Below are positions 19,969 through 29,388 of a DNA stretch of 57,190 nt, piece after piece (the stretch's first letter is position 1; each line of letters starts with the position of its first letter). The notes below the pieces were generated by a model, which was not told the DNA's origin, ran no database searches, and saw nothing but the letters and a program-made list of their open reading frames with translations. This stretch comes from Roseateles sp. Its GTDB lineage: Bacteria; Pseudomonadota; Gammaproteobacteria; Burkholderiales; Burkholderiaceae_C. Location of the stretch: positions 1 through 57,190 of the forward strand of contig JBIKPD010000001.1 of NCBI GenBank assembly GCA_044357665.1, written 5' to 3'. Both the position numbers and the translations under genes were made by a program.

Positions 19969-22272
19969 ATGCACGATCATCATCTCGTCGAAACCCCTCA
20001 GCATCCCCAGTTGGCCGAATGCCAAGCGCGCTTGCTTGAAAATGAAAACGTCCTGGCGACGCTTGAGGTTGACCTGGATTCGAAAATGCGCTTCGGGAGC
20101 GACTTGCTGGTCCTGACGAATCGACGCATTCTGGCCTGGAACGGCGATGCAAAGGCCTGGCTTGACTGGTTGTTGCAGCCTGGTTTGAGCCTGAAACAAT
20201 CGGACCATAGCGGGATCGGCAGCCTCGAATTGCTCGACGCCGAACGCCGTTTGGCGCATTGGCGGTTTACGCTGGCGATCAATGTGCGGGCACAGCGCTG
20301 GCTTGAACAGTTCGAGCGCCAGCAAGCGCATCTGGCCGGAAAGACCCTCAACGAGGGCGACGAGGTCTCGCTGTGCCCCGCCTGCCAGGCGCCATTGCCG
20401 CCTGAATCCGAGGTTTGCCCGGTCTGCGCACGCGAACTGCACACGCCGCCATCGACCTGGGTGCTGCTGCGCTTGTGGCGCTTCGCAAGGCCTTATCAAT
20501 GGCAGTTGATACTTGGTTTCGTGCTGACCTTGCTGTCGACTGCCGCGACGCTGGTGCCGCCCTACCTGACCATGCCCCTGATGGACGATGTGCTGATTCC
20601 GTTCCAGAACGGCAAACACATCGACCCCTGGCTGGTGGCGGCTTATCTGGGGGGACTGGCAGGTGCGGCGCTGGTCGCATGGGCGCTGGGCTGGGCAAGA
20701 ACCTATTTGCTGGCCCTGGTCTCGGAGCGTATCGGCGCTGATCTTCGCACCGCGACTTTCGACCACCTGCTGCAACTGTCGCTCGACTATTTCGGCGGCA
20801 AGCGCACCGGTGACCTGATGTCGCGGATCGGTTCGGAGACCGACCGGATCTGCGTCTTTCTGTCGATGCATGCGCTCGACTTTGCCACCGATGTGTTGAT
20901 GATAGGCATGACGGCGGCGATCCTGTTCTCGATCAACCCGATGCTGGCATTGGTTACCTTGACGCCGCTGCCCTTCATTGCCTGGATGATCCATCTGGTG
21001 CGCGACCGCTTGCGTACCGGGTTCGAGCGTATCGACCGGGTCTGGGGCGAAGTCACCAGTGTGCTGGCCGACACGATCCCGGGCATCCGCGTGGTCAAGG
21101 CCTTTGCACAGGAAGCGCGTGAGGCCCAGCGGTTCCGTGAAGCCAATGCCAACAATCTGAAGGTCAATGACAAGCTCAACAAGATCTGGAGCGTCTTCAC
21201 CCCCGCCGTATCGTTGCTGACTGAAATGGGCCTGCTGGTGGTCTGGGCCTTTGGCATCTGGCTGGTTTCCAATCAGCAGATTACTGTGGGCGTGTTGACC
21301 GCCTTCATCGCCTACATCGGCCGCTTTTATGGGCGCATGGATTCGATGAGCCGGATCGTCTCGGTGACGCAAAGAGCGGCTGCCGGCGCCAAACGTATCT
21401 TCGACATCCTCGACCATGTCTCGAACGTGCCCGAGCCGGTCGATCCGGTCAAGCTGGCTGTGGTCAAGGGCGGCATCACGATGCATGACATCGGCTTTCG
21501 CTATGGCAACCGCGCCGTTATCCGCGGGCTTGATCTGGAAATCAAACCCGGCGAGATGATCGGTCTGGTCGGACATTCGGGATCGGGCAAGAGCACGCTG
21601 GTCAATTTGATCTGCCGTTTCTACGACGTGACCGAGGGATCGATCCGGGTAGACGGTGTCGACCTGCGACGCTTTGCCGTGTCGGATTACCGCCGCAATA
21701 TCGGCCTGGTGCTGCAGGAACCGTTCTTGTTCTTCGGCACGATCGCTGAAAACATCGCCTATGGCAAGCCGCAGGCGACGCGTGACGAGGTCGTCGCGGC
21801 CGCGCGTGCCGCCCATGCGCATGAGTTCATCCTGAGGCTGCCGCAAGGCTATGACTCGTTGGTCGGCGAGCGCGGGCAGGGCCTGTCGGGCGGAGAACGC
21901 CAGCGCATTTCGATCGCCCGCGCGCTGCTGATTGACCCGCGCATCCTGATTCTCGATGAGGCGACCTCGTCGGTCGATACCGAAACCGAGACTGAAATCC
22001 AGAAGGCACTCGACAACCTGGTGCTGGGACGCACGACGATCGCGATTGCGCACCGCTTGTCGACGCTGCGAAAAGCCGATCGCCTGGTGGTGATGGACCG
22101 CGGGCAGGTGGTCGAAGTCGGCCCGCATGACGAGTTGATGGCCAAGCAAGGTGCTTACTGGCGGCTTTATGAAGCGCAGGCGCGCCATGTCGATGCTGAC
22201 GCAGATGATGAAGCAGCCGACGATGTCCGCATCATGCCGCCCAATCTTTCCTCCCATACGATCAACGCCTGA
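19969..22272 (+). CDS. Fused ABC exporter (TMD + NBD) with N-terminal extension and CxxC..CxxC motif, cyanophycin-locus associated
   Basis: GHSGSGKS, LSGGERQR, ILDEATS; CPAC...CPVC precedes the TM domain. Confidence 0.92.
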   Translation: MHDHHLVETPQHPQLAECQARLLENENVLATLEVDLDSKMRFGSDLLVLTNRRILAWNGDAKAWLDWLLQPGLSLKQSDHSGIGSLELLDAERRLAHWRFTLAINVRAQRWLEQFERQQAHLAGKTLNEGDEVSLCPACQAPLPPESEVCPVCARELHTPPSTWVLLRLWRFARPYQWQLILGFVLTLLSTAATLVPPYLTMPLMDDVLIPFQNGKHIDPWLVAAYLGGLAGAALVAWALGWARTYLLALVSERIGADLRTATFDHLLQLSLDYFGGKRTGDLMSRIGSETDRICVFLSMHALDFATDVLMIGMTAAILFSINPMLALVTLTPLPFIAWMIHLVRDRLRTGFERIDRVWGEVTSVLADTIPGIRVVKAFAQEAREAQRFREANANNLKVNDKLNKIWSVFTPAVSLLTEMGLLVVWAFGIWLVSNQQITVGVLTAFIAYIGRFYGRMDSMSRIVSVTQRAAAGAKRIFDILDHVSNVPEPVDPVKLAVVKGGITMHDIGFRYGNRAVIRGLDLEIKPGEMIGLVGHSGSGKSTLVNLICRFYDVTEGSIRVDGVDLRRFAVSDYRRNIGLVLQEPFLFFGTIAENIAYGKPQATRDEVVAAARAAHAHEFILRLPQGYDSLVGERGQGLSGGERQRISIARALLIDPRILILDEATSSVDTETETEIQKALDNLVLGRTTIAIAHRLSTLRKADRLVVMDRGQVVEVGPHDELMAKQGAYWRLYEAQARHVDADADDEAADDVRIMPPNLSSHTINA

Positions 22273-22283
22273 GCCTGCCCTTC

Positions 22284-22769
22284 ATGACGCAAACGATGTT
22301 GACGCTGCCATTTCAAGCGCTGTCGCGCGATGCCTTTGGCAATCTCCTGCTGACGGATGCCCAGGGCTTGCTGCATGAGGGCGTGGTGCCGGTGCGCGCA
22401 CATCCGATTTCGGCCCCCGACGAAGGCCTGTCCCTGGTGGGGCAGGATGGTCATGAACTGGCCTGGATTGCGCGCTTGTCGGCGCTGCCATTGCGCGAGC
22501 GCGAATTGCTCGAAACCGAATTGGCCAACCGCGATTTCATGCCGACGATCCGGCGCATCAAGAGCGTTTCAACCTTTTCGACACCGAGTCATTGGACTGT
22601 CGAGACCGACCGCGGTGAGGCGCAGTTCATTCTGCGTACCGAGGAAGACATCCGCAGCCTGGGATCTGGCCGTTTGTTGATTGCCAGCAGCCATGGGCTT
22701 CAATTGCTGGTGGCCGATCGCTTCGCGCTCGACAAATTGTCGAAAAAATTGCTCGAACGGTTCTTGTAA
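22284..22769 (+). CDS. DUF1854-like protein (cyanophycin-locus associated)
   Basis: GVVPVRAHPISAPDEG, FMPTIRRI, WTVETDRG, LDKLSKKLLERFL; follows the ABC gene. Confidence 0.85.
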   Translation: MTQTMLTLPFQALSRDAFGNLLLTDAQGLLHEGVVPVRAHPISAPDEGLSLVGQDGHELAWIARLSALPLRERELLETELANRDFMPTIRRIKSVSTFSTPSHWTVETDRGEAQFILRTEEDIRSLGSGRLLIASSHGLQLLVADRFALDKLSKKLLERFL

Positions 22770-22802
22770 ACCGGTTTCAGGCGCCAACTCGGGCGCGGCG
22801 CG

Positions 22803-23783
22803 TCATTGCGGTTGAAATCCGCTGGCCTTGATGATCCGCGACCAAGTCGCCGTGTAAGCCCGCTCGCGGCTGGCAAGCTGAGCCTGGGTCATGAAGCCAA
22901 CCGACAAGCCCATCGCGGTGAGTCGCTCCTTGACCTCCGGGATGGCGATGACTTTGGCCAGCGCGGCGGAGAAGGGGTCGAGCAGCGCTTTCGACGTCCC
23001 TGCTGGGGCGAAGAAGCCATAGAAAGGCAGTTCCTCGAATCCGGCCAGACCGACCTCGCCCATCGTCGGTACCTCGGGCAAGGTGGCCTGGCGTGACGAG
23101 CCCATCACGGCCACCACGCGCAGCTTGCCGCTGCGGTGGTTTTCGATGAAGTCCGGGATCGAGCCGATGCCGGCGGCAATCTGGTTGCCGAGCATGTCGT
23201 TGATCATCGGCGCGCTGCCGCGGTAGGGCGCTGCGATCAGGTCGATCTGGAACTTCTCGCCCAGCACCTTGACCAGGAATTCAGGCACCGAGGCCGGTGC
23301 GGGGACACCGATCGCACCCTTGCCGCCACCGGCGTTCTTGACCCACGCCACATAGTCCGCCACTGACTTCGCCGGCGTGCCGCTGGAAATCGCCAGCGCA
23401 TTGGCGAAATTGGCGAAGCCCGCCACCGGCATGAAGTCCTTGGCCGTGTCAAAGCCAGGAGCCTTGACGACCAGCGGCAGGATCGAGACCGTGTGGTCAT
23501 GGGTCAGGAAGAAAGTGCTGCCGTCAGGCGCCGCAGCTTTCAAGGCCTGCGCGGCCAGCTGACCCCCAGCACCGGGCTTGTTTTCTACCAGAACCTGCAC
23601 GCCGAGTTCATCCTTCAGGCGATCGGCGAGCAGACGCGCGATCGCATCGGTACCGCCGCCGGCAGGAAAGCCGACCAGCAAGCGGATCGTTTTGCTGCTC
23701 TGCGCCGAGGCAGAAGGGACCAAGGGAGCGCAGGCGACAGCGCCCAGCCATTGCAAGGTGCGGCGGCGGATCATTGATTTCAT
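22803..23783 (-). CDS. Bug/TctC tripartite tricarboxylate transporter substrate-binding protein
   Basis: Tat-like RRRTL leader, VGFPAGGGTDAIAR, VENKPGAGG, PYRGSAP. Confidence 0.93.
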   Translation of the reverse strand: MKSMIRRRTLQWLGAVACAPLVPSASAQSSKTIRLLVGFPAGGGTDAIARLLADRLKDELGVQVLVENKPGAGGQLAAQALKAAAPDGSTFFLTHDHTVSILPLVVKAPGFDTAKDFMPVAGFANFANALAISSGTPAKSVADYVAWVKNAGGGKGAIGVPAPASVPEFLVKVLGEKFQIDLIAAPYRGSAPMINDMLGNQIAAGIGSIPDFIENHRSGKLRVVAVMGSSRQATLPEVPTMGEVGLAGFEELPFYGFFAPAGTSKALLDPFSAALAKVIAIPEVKERLTAMGLSVGFMTQAQLASRERAYTATWSRIIKASGFQPQ

Positions 23784-23893
23784 GGCTTCTCCCGGGGTCG
23801 ATGATGCGGATGAGGCATTGTGAAGCAAATCGAAAACTGCCCGCCAAAGCAGCCAACGCCGTGCCGCCAGCTGCCGAAAAATATCCGGCAGGA

Positions 23894-23915
23894 CTTACGT
23901 TTACGTAAACGTCAA
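23894..23915. promoter_or_regulatory. LiuR (MerR-family) operator upstream of the ivd operon
   Basis: Perfect 16-bp palindrome ACGTTTACGTAAACGT (23897-23912) resembling the TTTACGTwwACGTAAA LiuR motif, ahead of leucine-catabolism genes. Confidence 0.8.
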
Positions 23916-23981
23916 CCGGTAAACTGCAGGGCTGTTGCTGTCAGAAGCCAGCTTCTGACCCCATTCGAATCGGAGACTGCG

Positions 23982-25160
23982 ATGAATCTGCCCGGCCTGA
24001 ATTTTCAACTTGGCGAAGAGGTCGACGCGCTGCGCGACGCAGTACAGCATTTTGCTCAGCAGGAGATCGCGCCGCGCGCGGCCGAGATCGATGCCAGCGA
24101 CCAGTTCCCGATGGACTTGTGGCGCAAGATGGGCGAGCTCGGGGTGCTCGGTATTACCGTGGCCGAGGAATATGGCGGCGCCAATATGGGGTATCTGGCG
24201 CACATGATCGCGATGGAAGAAATCAGCCGAGCTTCGGCTTCGGTCGGCTTGTCCTATGGAGCGCACTCGAACCTCTGCGTCAATCAGCTCAAGCGCAATG
24301 GCAGCGAGGCGCAGAAGCAGAAATACCTGCCCAAGCTGATCAGCGGCGAGCATGTCGGTGCGTTGGCGATGAGCGAGCCGGGTGCTGGCTCCGATGTCAT
24401 CAGCATGAAGTTGAAGGCCGAAGACAAGGGCGGTTATTACCTGCTCAACGGCAGCAAGATGTGGATCACCAACGGGCCTGACGCCGACACGCTGGTGGTC
24501 TATGCCAAGACCGAGCCCGAGCTGGGTGCGCGCGGCGTGACCGCTTTTCTGATCGAAAAGGGCATGGCCGGCTTCAGCGTGGCGCAAAAACTGAACAAGC
24601 TCGGCATGCGCGGATCGCATACCGGCGAGTTGGTGTTCAGCAATGTCGAAGTGCCGGCGGCCAATATCCTCGGCCACTTGAACGGTGGCGCCAAGGTCTT
24701 GATGTCGGGGCTCGACTATGAGCGCGCCGTGCTGGCCGCAGGGCCGATCGGCATCATGCAGTCGGTGATGGACAACGTCGTGCCTTATATCCATGACCGC
24801 AAGCAATTCGGTCGCAGCATCGGCGAATTCCAGCTGATCCAGGGCAAGGTCGCCGACATGTACACGGTGCTGCAAGCCGGCCGGGCCTTTTGTTACACGG
24901 TCGGCAAGAATCTCGATTTGCTGGGCCTGGAACATGTGCGCCAGGTGCGCAAGGATTGCGCCTCGGTGATTCTGTGGTGTGCCGAAAAAGCGACCTGGAT
25001 GGCCGGCGAGGGCGTGCAGATTTTCGGCGGCAATGGCTATATCAACGACTACCCTCTAGGCCGCCTCTGGCGCGACGCCAAACTCTATGAAATCGGGGCG
25101 GGCACCAGTGAAATCAGACGAATGTTGATTGGACGTGAGTTGTTTGCGGAAACGATGTGA
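23982..25160 (+). CDS. ivd: Isovaleryl-CoA dehydrogenase
   Basis: [56 protein letters not shown]; GGAG RBS before MNLPG. Confidence 0.95.
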   Translation: MNLPGLNFQLGEEVDALRDAVQHFAQQEIAPRAAEIDASDQFPMDLWRKMGELGVLGITVAEEYGGANMGYLAHMIAMEEISRASASVGLSYGAHSNLCVNQLKRNGSEAQKQKYLPKLISGEHVGALAMSEPGAGSDVISMKLKAEDKGGYYLLNGSKMWITNGPDADTLVVYAKTEPELGARGVTAFLIEKGMAGFSVAQKLNKLGMRGSHTGELVFSNVEVPAANILGHLNGGAKVLMSGLDYERAVLAAGPIGIMQSVMDNVVPYIHDRKQFGRSIGEFQLIQGKVADMYTVLQAGRAFCYTVGKNLDLLGLEHVRQVRKDCASVILWCAEKATWMAGEGVQIFGGNGYINDYPLGRLWRDAKLYEIGAGTSEIRRMLIGRELFAETM

Positions 25161-25462
25161 AGCAGGTCGTGAGCTTCGATTCGGTGAAGGCTCATGTCCG
25201 CGTAGCGGACGTGAAGGCGCAATGCGCCGGCCGCAGCCAAATCGGGGCGGGCACGAGTGAAATCCGGCGAATGCTGATTGGGCGTGAGTTGTTTGCGGAG
25301 ACCATGTGAAGCAGGTCGTGAGCCTCGATTCGGTGAAGGCTCATGTCCGCAGGGCGGACGTGAAGGCGCGAAGCGCCGGCCGCAGCCAAATCGGGGCGGG
25401 CACGAGTGAAATCCGGCGAATGCTGATTGGGCGTGAGTTGTTTGCGGAGACCATGTGAAGCA
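25090..25462 (+). repeat. 149-bp tandem array duplicating the ivd 3' end twice, with 78-bp three-hairpin spacers
   Basis: AAATCGGGGCGGGCAC at 25090 (gene), 25239 and 25388; stop codons end at 25160, 25309 and 25458. Confidence 0.97.
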
Positions 25463-25510
25463 AGGGCTGCCGATGGCAATCAAAGGCGATGAACAGCGAC
25501 AATATTCGAC

Positions 25511-26191
25511 ATGAGCATAGAACTTCAAGAGCTGCTTGACAGCAACAAGCAATGGGCCGACGAGACCGAGGTCCGCGAGCCTGGATTCTTTTCGCGCCTG
25601 CTGACCCAGCAGACGCCGCAATACCTCTGGATCGGTTGTGCCGACAGTCGCGTGCCGGCCAATGAACTGGTGAATCTTTTACCGGGCGAGCTATTCGTGC
25701 ATCGCAATGTGGCCAATGTGGTTGTGCATTCGGATTTGAATTGCCTTTCGGTGATGCAATACGCGGTCGACGCCTTGCGGGTCAAGCACATCATCGTCGT
25801 CGGACATTCGGGCTGCGGTGGCGTCAGAGCTGCCTTGCTCGATGTGCGTGTCGGGCTGGCGGACAACTGGCTGCGTCATGTGCAGGATGTGCGCAATCAC
25901 CACCAGGAATGGCTGGACCAACTCGACCTGCAGCAGCGAGTCAATGCGCTGTGCGAATTGAATGTGCTTGAACAGGCCCGCAATGCCTGCCAGACGACAG
26001 TCGTCCAGGATGCCTGGGCACGTGGTCAGGAGGTCGTCGTCCACGGCTGGGTCTACGGGCTGCACAACGGCCTGCTGGAGGATCTGCAGATCACGGCAGC
26101 GGCGTCAGAACAGGTCAACCCGGCGTTTCAGCGGGCCTTGCAAGCAGTCAAGCAGCGCTATGAAGGCCAGCGCTCTAGCAGCCCGTCCTGA
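25511..26191 (+). CDS. can: Beta-class carbonic anhydrase
   Basis: WIGCADSRVP, FVHRNVAN, GHSGCGGV. Confidence 0.95.
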   Translation: MSIELQELLDSNKQWADETEVREPGFFSRLLTQQTPQYLWIGCADSRVPANELVNLLPGELFVHRNVANVVVHSDLNCLSVMQYAVDALRVKHIIVVGHSGCGGVRAALLDVRVGLADNWLRHVQDVRNHHQEWLDQLDLQQRVNALCELNVLEQARNACQTTVVQDAWARGQEVVVHGWVYGLHNGLLEDLQITAAASEQVNPAFQRALQAVKQRYEGQRSSSPS

Positions 26192-26212
26192 ACTGCACGG
26201 GCTTGAGCGTCG

Positions 26213-28027
26213 ATGTTCCCCCAAAAGCTCAACGACCCGCGTGCCTTCCAGATCGCACAGGCGATGCTGGAAGGATTCAACCTCCATTACCGGATCTTTC
26301 GTGAAGCCTCGGCCGCTGCGAAACAGCGTTTCGAGCAGGCCGATTGGCATGGCCAGCAGCGGGCCCAGCGCGAACGTATCGAGTTCTACGACCTGCGCGT
26401 TGATGAGGCTATTGCAGCGCTGGAACTGGCCTTCAAGACCAGCGCCTTGCCGATGGAGGTCTGGCAGCAGGTCAAGCTGCATTTCATCGGCCTGTTGATC
26501 GATCATCATCAACCCGAGTTGGCCGAAACCTTCTTCAATTCAGTCTGCACGCGCATCCTGCATCACGGTTATTTCCACAACGACTTCATCTTCGTGCGAC
26601 CCGCTGTTTCGACCGAATACATCGAAAACGAGGAACCGGCCGCCAAGCCGACCTACCGCGCCTATTACCCGACGCGACAGAACCTGGCTGAAACGCTGCA
26701 GCGCATCATCACCAACTTCCAGCTCGAGGTCGAATTCGAGGACCTGACGCGCGATGCGGGTCTTGTGCTGGCAGCGGTGCAGAAGGAGCTCGGCGATTTT
26801 CGCTGGCGCACCAATTTCCAGATCCAGGTACTCAGCTCGCTTTTTTACCGCAACAAGGGCGCTTACCTGGTCGGAAAAATCATCAACGGCTTTGACGAAA
26901 CGCCATTCGCTCTGCCGATCCTTCACGGAGCGAAAGGGCAGTTGTATATCGACGCCGCGTTGTTCGGTGAGGACGATCTGCTGATGCTGTTCAGCTTTGC
27001 GCGCGCCTATTTCATGGTCGATATGGAAGTGCCCAGCGCCTATGTGCAGTTTCTGCGCTCGATGATGCCGCGCAAGCCGCGCGGCGAAATCTACAGCGCG
27101 ATCGGCCTGCAAAAGCATGGCAAGAATCTTTTCTACCGTGACTTCCTCTATCACCTGCGCCATTCAAGCGACAAGCTGCGCATCGCGCCCGGCATCAAGG
27201 GCATGGTGATGCTGGTGTTCGACCTGCCTTCCTACCCCTTTGTCTTCAAGCTGATCAAGGACTTTTTCCCGCCGCAAAAAGACACCTCGCGCGAGCTGAT
27301 CCAGAGCAAATACCTGCTGGTCAAACAGCATGACCGGGTCGGGCGCATGGCAGACACGCTGGAGTATTCGAACGTTGCCTTTCCGCGTCAACGTTTTGAA
27401 GAGGAATTGATCGCCGAGTTGCGCCATTTCTGCCCGAGCTTGATCGAGGAAAAGGGTGACTACCTGGTGCTGCGCCATGTCTACATCGAGCGCCGCATGG
27501 TGCCGCTGAACATTTACCTGCAGGAAGCCAACCCGGCGCAGATGGAACATGCGGTGATCGAATATGGTAATGCGATCAAGGATCTGGTGGCGGCCAATAT
27601 TTTTCCCGGCGACATGCTCTGGAAGAATTTCGGTGTGACCCGCCACGGCAAGGTCGTTTTCTATGACTACGACGAAATCGAATATCTGACCGATTGCAAT
27701 TTCAGACGCGTGCCCGAGCCTCGGACCGAGGAAGAGGAAATGTCAGGAGAAGTCTGGTACCGGGTCGGCCCGCGCGACATCTTCCCTGAAACCTTCGGAC
27801 CGTTCTTGCTCGGCCATCCGGGCGTGCGTGAACTTTTTATGCGCCACCACGCCGACCTGCTCGATGCCGGCTTCTGGCAGTCATACAAGACGAGCATTCT
27901 GGCCGGCCATGTGCATGATGTTTTCCCCTATGACGAGCACAAACGCTTCAATTCAACCCAGGGCGGCGCGGTCGGCAGCTCGGCGTTGATGGAGTCGACC
28001 CGCCATCTCGATCTGCCGGTTCAATAA
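26213..28027 (+). CDS. aceK: Isocitrate dehydrogenase kinase/phosphatase
   Basis: [49 protein letters not shown]. Confidence 0.97.
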   Translation: MFPQKLNDPRAFQIAQAMLEGFNLHYRIFREASAAAKQRFEQADWHGQQRAQRERIEFYDLRVDEAIAALELAFKTSALPMEVWQQVKLHFIGLLIDHHQPELAETFFNSVCTRILHHGYFHNDFIFVRPAVSTEYIENEEPAAKPTYRAYYPTRQNLAETLQRIITNFQLEVEFEDLTRDAGLVLAAVQKELGDFRWRTNFQIQVLSSLFYRNKGAYLVGKIINGFDETPFALPILHGAKGQLYIDAALFGEDDLLMLFSFARAYFMVDMEVPSAYVQFLRSMMPRKPRGEIYSAIGLQKHGKNLFYRDFLYHLRHSSDKLRIAPGIKGMVMLVFDLPSYPFVFKLIKDFFPPQKDTSRELIQSKYLLVKQHDRVGRMADTLEYSNVAFPRQRFEEELIAELRHFCPSLIEEKGDYLVLRHVYIERRMVPLNIYLQEANPAQMEHAVIEYGNAIKDLVAANIFPGDMLWKNFGVTRHGKVVFYDYDEIEYLTDCNFRRVPEPRTEEEEMSGEVWYRVGPRDIFPETFGPFLLGHPGVRELFMRHHADLLDAGFWQSYKTSILAGHVHDVFPYDEHKRFNSTQGGAVGSSALMESTRHLDLPVQ

Positions 28028-28041
28028 GGAGCTCTTCAATC

Positions 28042-29220
28042 ATGTCTGATCCCGTAGTTATCGTTTCTGCCGCACGCACACCGATCGGTGGCCTGCTCGG
28101 CGATTTCGCCAATCTGTCGGCCTGGGAACTGGGTGCTGTGGCGATTCAGGCCGCAGTCCAGCGCGCTGGCATTTCTGCCGATCTGATCGATGAGGCCTTG
28201 ATCGGCAACTGCCTGATGGCGGGTCAGGGTCAGGCGCCAGCACGCCAGGCGGTGCTCAAAGCCGGCCTGCCGCAATCGGTCGGCGCGGTGACGCTGTCGA
28301 AGATGTGCGGCTCCGGCATGCGCGCCGCGATGTTCGCGCATGACGCCTTGAAAGCCGGCAGCGCCGAGATCATGATCGCTGGCGGCATGGAGAGCATGAG
28401 CAATGCGCCGCATTTGATGCATGCGCGCAAAGGCATCAAGTACGGCGCAGCGCAAATGTTCGACCATATGGCGCTTGACGGTCTCGAAGATGCCTATGAG
28501 CGCGGCAAGGCGATGGGTGTCTTCGCCGAGCAATGCGTGGCCCGGTACGGTTTCAGTCGTGCCGCTCAGGATGCCTTCGCCGTGGCATCGACCGAGCGCG
28601 CAAAGCGTGCCAATGAAGATGGCAGTTTTGCCTGGGAAATCGCGCCTGTGACGGTCTCCGGCCGCGGCGGCGACGTCGTCATCAGCCGCGACGAACAACC
28701 GTTCAAGGCCAAGCTCGACAAGATCGCCGGCTTGAGGCCCGCTTTTGTCAAGGACGGCACGATCACCGCAGCGACTTCCTCGTCGATCTCCGATGGCGCT
28801 GCCGCGATGCTGCTGATGCTCGAAAGCCGCGCCGTCAAGCTCGGTCTGCAACCGGTGGCGCGCATCCATGGCCACGCGGTGCATGCGCAGGCGCCCGAAT
28901 GGTTTGCCACCGCGCCAGCCGGCGCGATCACCAAGCTGCTGGCGAAGAATGACTGGGATGTCGGCAGCGTCGACCTCTGGGAAGTCAACGAGGCCTTTGC
29001 CGCCGTCACGATGGCGGCGATGGCCGAGTTCCGGCTGCCGCATGAGAAAGTCAACGTCAACGGCGGCGCAGTGGCGCTCGGCCACCCGATCGGCGCCTCA
29101 GGTGCGCGCATCATCGTCACCCTGATCGGCGCCTTGAAACACCGCGGCCTGAAGCGCGGCGTCGCCTCTCTCTGCATCGGCGGCGGAGAAGCGACTGCAG
29201 TCGGCATCGAGATCCTGTGA
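28042..29220 (+). CDS. Acetyl-CoA C-acyltransferase (thiolase)
   Basis: KMCGSG, NEAFA, GHPIGASGAR, CIGGGE. Confidence 0.95.
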   Translation: MSDPVVIVSAARTPIGGLLGDFANLSAWELGAVAIQAAVQRAGISADLIDEALIGNCLMAGQGQAPARQAVLKAGLPQSVGAVTLSKMCGSGMRAAMFAHDALKAGSAEIMIAGGMESMSNAPHLMHARKGIKYGAAQMFDHMALDGLEDAYERGKAMGVFAEQCVARYGFSRAAQDAFAVASTERAKRANEDGSFAWEIAPVTVSGRGGDVVISRDEQPFKAKLDKIAGLRPAFVKDGTITAATSSSISDGAAAMLLMLESRAVKLGLQPVARIHGHAVHAQAPEWFATAPAGAITKLLAKNDWDVGSVDLWEVNEAFAAVTMAAMAEFRLPHEKVNVNGGAVALGHPIGASGARIIVTLIGALKHRGLKRGVASLCIGGGEATAVGIEIL

Positions 29221-29228
29221 ATCTCGAT

Positions 29229-29320
29229 GCCGCGCAGTCGGGCGGTTGGCAGCGCTGTGGCGCTGGGCCGCGCAGTCGGGCGGTCGGCAGCGCTGTGGCG
29301 CTGGGCCGCGCAGTCGGGCG
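29229..29320. repeat. 38-bp tandem repeat (~2.4 copies) with hairpin
   Basis: GCCGCGCAGTCGGGCG at 29229, 29267 and 29305; hairpin CAGCGC-tgtg-GCGCTG. Confidence 0.9.
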
Positions 29321-29388
29321 CTGCGAACGAATTGTTTTGAAACTCAGTAACCGGCTTGCTGCATGGCGAGCCAAAACCGGGACTTACG

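Noticed and set aside
14728-22257. Long antisense ORFs (14728-16806, 18087-19433, 19813-22257) and similar ones elsewhere
   Set aside because: Typical high-GC shadow frames opposite well-supported genes, with no recognisable motifs.
25090-25458. Diversity-generating retroelement VR/TR pair at ivd
   Set aside because: Differences are not at template adenines, are all synonymous, and no reverse transcriptase is present.
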